Shown here piece by piece: positions 6,624 to 10,391 of a stretch of 10,391 bases of DNA (positions are counted from its first letter, which is position 1; each line of letters starts with the position of its first letter). The stretch is from positions 1-10,391 of the forward strand of contig CBDEUM010000001.1 in assembly GCA_965242925.1 (NCBI GenBank). Reading direction: 5' to 3'. The notes under the pieces were generated by a model that saw only the letters and a list, made by a program, of their open reading frames with translations, had not been told where the DNA came from and did not search any database. The position numbers were made by a program, and so were the translations under genes. The stretch comes from Roseibacillus sp. (GTDB taxonomy: Bacteria; Verrucomicrobiota; Verrucomicrobiia; Verrucomicrobiales; Akkermansiaceae).

Positions 6624-8207
6624 ATGAAAGCAAGGCTCCTCCCCTACGCGGTGCTCCTCAGCGCCGCCCTCCCGCTTCAAGCCCAGAACCCGCCCAAGGG
6701 ATTCGAAAAGGTCGACCAGGAAATCGTCATTTCGACTCTCCAGGCGGCCATGAAATATGACGTCCGCTCCTTCAGCGTCAAACCGAACGCCAAGGTCAAG
6801 CTGACCTTCAAAAACCCCGACGACCTGCCGCACAACCTCATCATCTGCACGCCGGGCAAGTCCAAGGGCGGCGACAAGGGCAAGGAAGTCATCGATGCGG
6901 TCCTGAAACTCGGGGAGAAGGGCGTGGAGCAGAACTGGGAGCCCAAGGGCCACCCTCGCATCCTGCACAGCTCGGGCATGGTGCAGCCAAAGAAGGAATC
7001 CGTGATCTGGTTCAAGGCTCCGAAAAAGGAGGGCAACTACCCCTACATCTGCAGCTTCCCCGGCCACTTCGAGCTGATGAATGGAATGATGGCGGTTTCC
7101 AAGCGGGCCAACCCGGTGACCAACCTGACTTACAAGTTCTACCACGGCAGCTGGACTGCCCTGCCCGATTTCTCGAAGCTCGAGCCCAAGAAAACCGGAA
7201 CGCTGGCCAGTGGGCTCTTCGAGCTCGGCCCCCGTGACCGGGGCGACGGTTTTGGGTTCGTCTTTACCGGTGAGATCGAATGCCCGAAGGACGGGGTTTA
7301 TACCTTCGAAACCGCCTCCGACGATGGCTCGCGCCTCTACATCGACGATAAGGTGGTAGTCAATAATGACGGGGTGCATGCGCACAAGGGGGCCCAGGGA
7401 AAGGCCAAGCTCAAGGCCGGCAAGCGCAAGATCGAGGTCCACTACTTCGAAGGGGGCGGAGAGGAGAGCCTCTACGTGGGCTGGTCGGGTCCTGGCTTCA
7501 AGAAACAGTCCCTTTCAAAGGGAGCTTCTGCAGGTGGAGGGGGAGGCCCGAGCGGAATGCTGATCGCTGCCGAGGAGGGTGAAGCCGCCATCTACCGCAA
7601 TTTCATCGCTGATGCCGGTCCCCGTGCCATCGGGGTTGGCTATTCCGAGGGCATCAATCTCACTTTCGATGCCAACAACATGCGTTTCGCCCAGATCTGG
7701 CAGGGCGACTTCATGGACGGGGCCCGCCACTGGAACGGCCGGGGACAGGGCTTCCAGCCCCCCGCTGGCGAGGCGGTTATCAAGCTGCCCGCCGGAACCG
7801 CATTCGCCACCTTGGAATCAGCCACCTCCGCCTGGCCCAAGGCCGAAACCCGTACCACGGAGCTGCGCTTCCGGGGTTACCAGCTCGACAAGCAGCAGCA
7901 CCCTACCTTTCGGTATGAACGCGGTGACGTCTCCATTGAGGACTCCCCCGCCCCGGTAACGGGCGAGGAAAGCAGCCACCTGAAGCGTGCCCTCAGGCTC
8001 TCCAGCAAGGCGGCCCCGGGCAACCTCTACTTCCGTGCCGCCTCCGGCAATATCGCGGCCGAGGGGGGAGGATTCCTCGTTAATGACGAGCTCATCATCA
8101 CCATCACCGGGGGCAAGGCAGGCATCCAGGATGGGGAGCTGCGCGTGCCCATCGAATTCAAGAACGGCACCGCTCAACTTGGAATCACCTACCAATGGGC
8201 CGAGTAG
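6624..8207 (+). CDS. Secreted azurin/auracyanin-like cupredoxin + PA14 domain + C-terminal domain of unknown function, 527 aa
   Basis: Signal peptide (aa 1-20, LQA/Q). Type-1 Cu ligands H70 (PHNLII), C143, H148, M152 (YICSFPGHFELM, azurin C-x4-H-x3-M spacing). PA14 at about aa 165-297 (FGFVFTGEI, YTFETASDDGSRLYID, NNDGVH, YFEGGG, WSGPG). Gly linker GASAGGGGGPSG. C-terminal domain starting AIYRNFI...AIGVGY...FDA...IWQGDF...HWNGRG. No CxxCH. Confidence 0.9.
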   Translation: MKARLLPYAVLLSAALPLQAQNPPKGFEKVDQEIVISTLQAAMKYDVRSFSVKPNAKVKLTFKNPDDLPHNLIICTPGKSKGGDKGKEVIDAVLKLGEKGVEQNWEPKGHPRILHSSGMVQPKKESVIWFKAPKKEGNYPYICSFPGHFELMNGMMAVSKRANPVTNLTYKFYHGSWTALPDFSKLEPKKTGTLASGLFELGPRDRGDGFGFVFTGEIECPKDGVYTFETASDDGSRLYIDDKVVVNNDGVHAHKGAQGKAKLKAGKRKIEVHYFEGGGEESLYVGWSGPGFKKQSLSKGASAGGGGGPSGMLIAAEEGEAAIYRNFIADAGPRAIGVGYSEGINLTFDANNMRFAQIWQGDFMDGARHWNGRGQGFQPPAGEAVIKLPAGTAFATLESATSAWPKAETRTTELRFRGYQLDKQQHPTFRYERGDVSIEDSPAPVTGEESSHLKRALRLSSKAAPGNLYFRAASGNIAAEGGGFLVNDELIITITGGKAGIQDGELRVPIEFKNGTAQLGITYQWAE

Positions 8208-8249
8208 CCGCCATTTCCGAGATCACAACTTACCAAGGAACATATTTTC

Positions 8250-9734
8250 ATGAAATCAACGATCACTCTCCCAGGAGCCACTATCAGACGCCTCTCTCTC
8301 ATGGCCCTGCTGGCCGTTACCTCGCTCGCCGCCGCCGCCCCCACGATGGAGGACTTCTACAAGCGCGAGGAAATCCCGCTCCCTGAGGGAGAAGTCATGG
8401 AGGGGGCCTCCATCGCCATTATTGACGACAAGAAAGTCGCCCTCGCAAGCCGGCGCGGAGACGTGTGGATCTGTGACGGGGCCTTCGGGGACGATCTCAG
8501 CAAAGTCACCTGGACCAAGTTCGCCAGCGGCCTGCATGAACCCCTCGGGATGTCCTACAAGGATGGCTGGTTCACCTTCACCCAGCGCCCGGATGTCTCC
8601 CGGATGCGGGACAGCGACGGCGACGGCCGCGCCGACCAGTTCGTCACCGTCGCAGCCCCGTGGGGCATCAACGGCGACTATCACGAGTATGCTTTCGGAA
8701 CCCCTCCCGACAAGGAGGGCAACGTCTGGGTGGTCCTCTGCCTGACCGGGTCCTTCAACGCCAATTCTCCCTGGCGCGGGTGGTGCTTCCGTGTCACCCC
8801 CGATGGCAAGTCGATCCCCACCTGCTCCGGAATCCGCTCCCCGGGAGGGATCGGGTTCAACATGGAGGGTGACGTCTTCTACTGTGACAACCAGGGAACC
8901 TGGAACGGTTCCTCCTCCCTCAAGCATCTCAAGCCGGGTGGTTTCGTGGGTAATCCCAATGGAAACAAGTTCTGGGAGCAGGCCCCCAACATGGGCCCCA
9001 AGCCTGCGGATCCAAAAAGTGGCTCGCGGATCGAAGTCGAGCGCAAGCGGATCCCCCAGCTCGTTCCCACCGCGGTCTGGCTTCCCCACGGCAAGCTCGG
9101 CCAATCGCCCACCGGCATCATCCCGGATGACACCAAGGGCGCCTTTGGACCGTTCGCCGGCCAGGTCCTCGTCGGGGAGCAAACCCACTCGCAGGTGCAG
9201 CGGGTCTTCCTGGAGAAGATCAACGGCGTCTACCAGGGCGCGGCCTTCCCCTTTCTCGGAGGCTACCGCTCAGGCATCGTGCCCCTCCGACTTGCAGAGG
9301 ATGGGTCCCTCTTCGTGGGCACCACCAACCGCGGGTGGGGCGCACGCGGCGGACTCCCCTTCAGCTTTGAGCGCACCCGTTGGACCGGCAAGGTCCCCTT
9401 CGAGATCCACGAGATGCGTATCACCAGGGATGGCTTCGAGTTGACCTTCACCGGGGAAATCGATCCCAAGACTGCAGGCGACAAAGCCAGCTACTCGATG
9501 AACTCCTGGACCTACGTCTATCAGAGCGGCTACGGCAGCCCGGAGGTGGACAAGACCGCCCAGACCATTGAGTCCGTCACCGTGGGCGTCGACAGGAAGT
9601 CCGTTCGCCTGAAGGTGGCCAACCGCCAGGCTGGCCACTGCCACCACCTCAAGTCTCCCGGGGTCCGCAGCAAGGCCGGGAGCGAGCTCTGGCATCAGAA
9701 CGCCTACTACACGATCAACGAGTTTCCAAAATAG
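8250..9734 (+). CDS. Secreted beta-propeller protein, glucose/sorbosone dehydrogenase-like (DUF7133-type), with a C-terminal beta-sandwich-like domain, 494 aa
   Basis: Signal peptide ending LAAAA. Motifs FASGLHEPLG, DSDGDGRAD (Ca-binding loop), YHEYAFG, GIRSPGGIG, DNQGTW, SPTG, FGPFAGQVLVGE, YQGAAFPF, DGSLFVG..RGW; C-terminal GFELTFT...YGSPEVD...AYYTINEFP. No heme motif. It starts 42 nt after the previous stop. Confidence 0.85.
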   Translation: MKSTITLPGATIRRLSLMALLAVTSLAAAAPTMEDFYKREEIPLPEGEVMEGASIAIIDDKKVALASRRGDVWICDGAFGDDLSKVTWTKFASGLHEPLGMSYKDGWFTFTQRPDVSRMRDSDGDGRADQFVTVAAPWGINGDYHEYAFGTPPDKEGNVWVVLCLTGSFNANSPWRGWCFRVTPDGKSIPTCSGIRSPGGIGFNMEGDVFYCDNQGTWNGSSSLKHLKPGGFVGNPNGNKFWEQAPNMGPKPADPKSGSRIEVERKRIPQLVPTAVWLPHGKLGQSPTGIIPDDTKGAFGPFAGQVLVGEQTHSQVQRVFLEKINGVYQGAAFPFLGGYRSGIVPLRLAEDGSLFVGTTNRGWGARGGLPFSFERTRWTGKVPFEIHEMRITRDGFELTFTGEIDPKTAGDKASYSMNSWTYVYQSGYGSPEVDKTAQTIESVTVGVDRKSVRLKVANRQAGHCHHLKSPGVRSKAGSELWHQNAYYTINEFPK

Positions 9735-9796
9735 GCCGCCGCCTTCACCCCACGGAGATCGACTTCAGCAGCCTGCAGAATGTTACAAGGTGTGGA

Positions 9797-9838
9797 TTGA
9801 CATTTCCTATGTCCCCCATTCCTGTCCCATGGTATAAT
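9797..9838 (+). promoter_or_regulatory. Desaturase promoter: extended -10 (TGgTATAAT), with a consensus TTGACA at non-canonical 30-nt spacing
   Basis: TTGACA at 9797-9802; TG at 9830-9831; TATAAT at 9833-9838, 35 nt before the ATG at 9874, in an AT-richer intergenic region. Confidence 0.6.
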
Positions 9839-9873
9839 CCATACAAGGTTACAACCCCGAGATAAGGTATCAA

Positions 9874-10391
9874 ATGCCCGCAGCATCGATTGTGGATAGT
9901 TCCACAAAGGCCCATCCTGAGCTCCCGGCTCAGTCTGCCGACAAGCAAAAAAAGATTCGATTCCCCGGAAGCGAGGGGTTCCAAACGGTCCTGAAAAAGC
10001 GCGTGAATGACTATTTCGCCCGCCGGAACAGGTCCCCACGGGACTCTGTTCGAATGTACGTGAAAACAGCCACCATCATCACTTGGTTCTTCACCTCTTA
10101 TGCCTTTCTTGTATTTGCCCCGCTGCCCATCTGGGCCGGCATCATGATCTCCTTCTCACTCGCCCTTGCCACGGCTGCCGTTGGATTCAACATCCAGCAT
10201 GATGGCAACCACGGCGCTTACTCGGGAAGCAGGCTGATCAACAACCTGATGGCCCTGACGCTGGATATGGTGGGCGGCAGTTCCTATATATGGAACTACA
10301 AGCATAATGCGATGCACCATACCTACGCCAATATTCATGGCCACGATGATGACATCAATCTGGGTTTTCTTGGCAGGCTGTGCCCCCACCA
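9874..10391 (+). CDS. Membrane fatty-acid desaturase, delta-6/DesD (linoleoyl desaturase)-like, 5' part; runs off the right edge
   Basis: Manual translation, open to the edge: MPAASIVD...KIRFPGSEGFQTVLKKRVNDYF...RDSVRMYVKTATIITWFFTSYAFLVFAP...VGFNIQHDGNHGAYS...LDMVGGSSYIWNYKHNAMHHTYANIHGHDDDI. His box 1 is HDGNH and His box 2 is HNAMHH; there are two TM segments. AAGGT lies just upstream of the ATG. Not in the ORF track. Confidence 0.92.
   Translation, partial: MPAASIVDSSTKAHPELPAQSADKQKKIRFPGSEGFQTVLKKRVNDYFARRNRSPRDSVRMYVKTATIITWFFTSYAFLVFAPLPIWAGIMISFSLALATAAVGFNIQHDGNHGAYSGSRLINNLMALTLDMVGGSSYIWNYKHNAMHHTYANIHGHDDDINLGFLGRLCPH

Noticed and set aside
9745..9762. attR-like copy of the tRNA 3' end (TCACCCC) marking an island after tRNA-Val
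   Set aside because: Only a 7-nt match, there is no integrase, and the intervening genes look compositionally like alaS.
9707..10389. Minus-strand ORFs 9707..10039, 9745..9984 and 10156..10389
   Set aside because: They are antisense to the desaturase and its promoter and have no motifs.
1..10391. CRISPR array, IS element, prophage or defence genes
   Set aside because: No regularly spaced repeats, terminal inverted repeats with a transposase, or recognisable phage/defence motifs were seen.

Overview
GC-rich bacterial chromosome segment. A Verrucomicrobiota/PVC-type heterotroph is my inference from the gene content and the largely Shine-Dalgarno-free starts; this is not verified. From left to right: (1) the 5' part of a secreted vanadium-haloperoxidase-like gene on the minus strand (1030 to <1), absent from the ORF track; (2) a divergent 314-bp intergenic region with a clear sigma70 promoter, an operator-like palindrome and a cluster of strong inverted repeats; (3) alaS, with its likely start at 1345; (4) a bacterial PH-domain membrane protein; (5) tRNA-Val(TAC); (6) a secreted formylglycine sulfatase; (7) a tightly linked pair of secreted proteins, an azurin-type blue-copper + PA14 + unknown-domain fusion and a dehydrogenase-like beta-propeller; (8) the 5' part of a lower-GC, DesD/delta-6-like fatty-acid desaturase (9874 to >10391), also absent from the ORF track. 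The best candidate for an undescribed system is the blue-copper/PA14 + beta-propeller pair, a putative heme-free extracytoplasmic carbohydrate-oxidising module. No mobile element, CRISPR array or rRNA was seen. All family assignments come from motif recognition by eye, not database searches.
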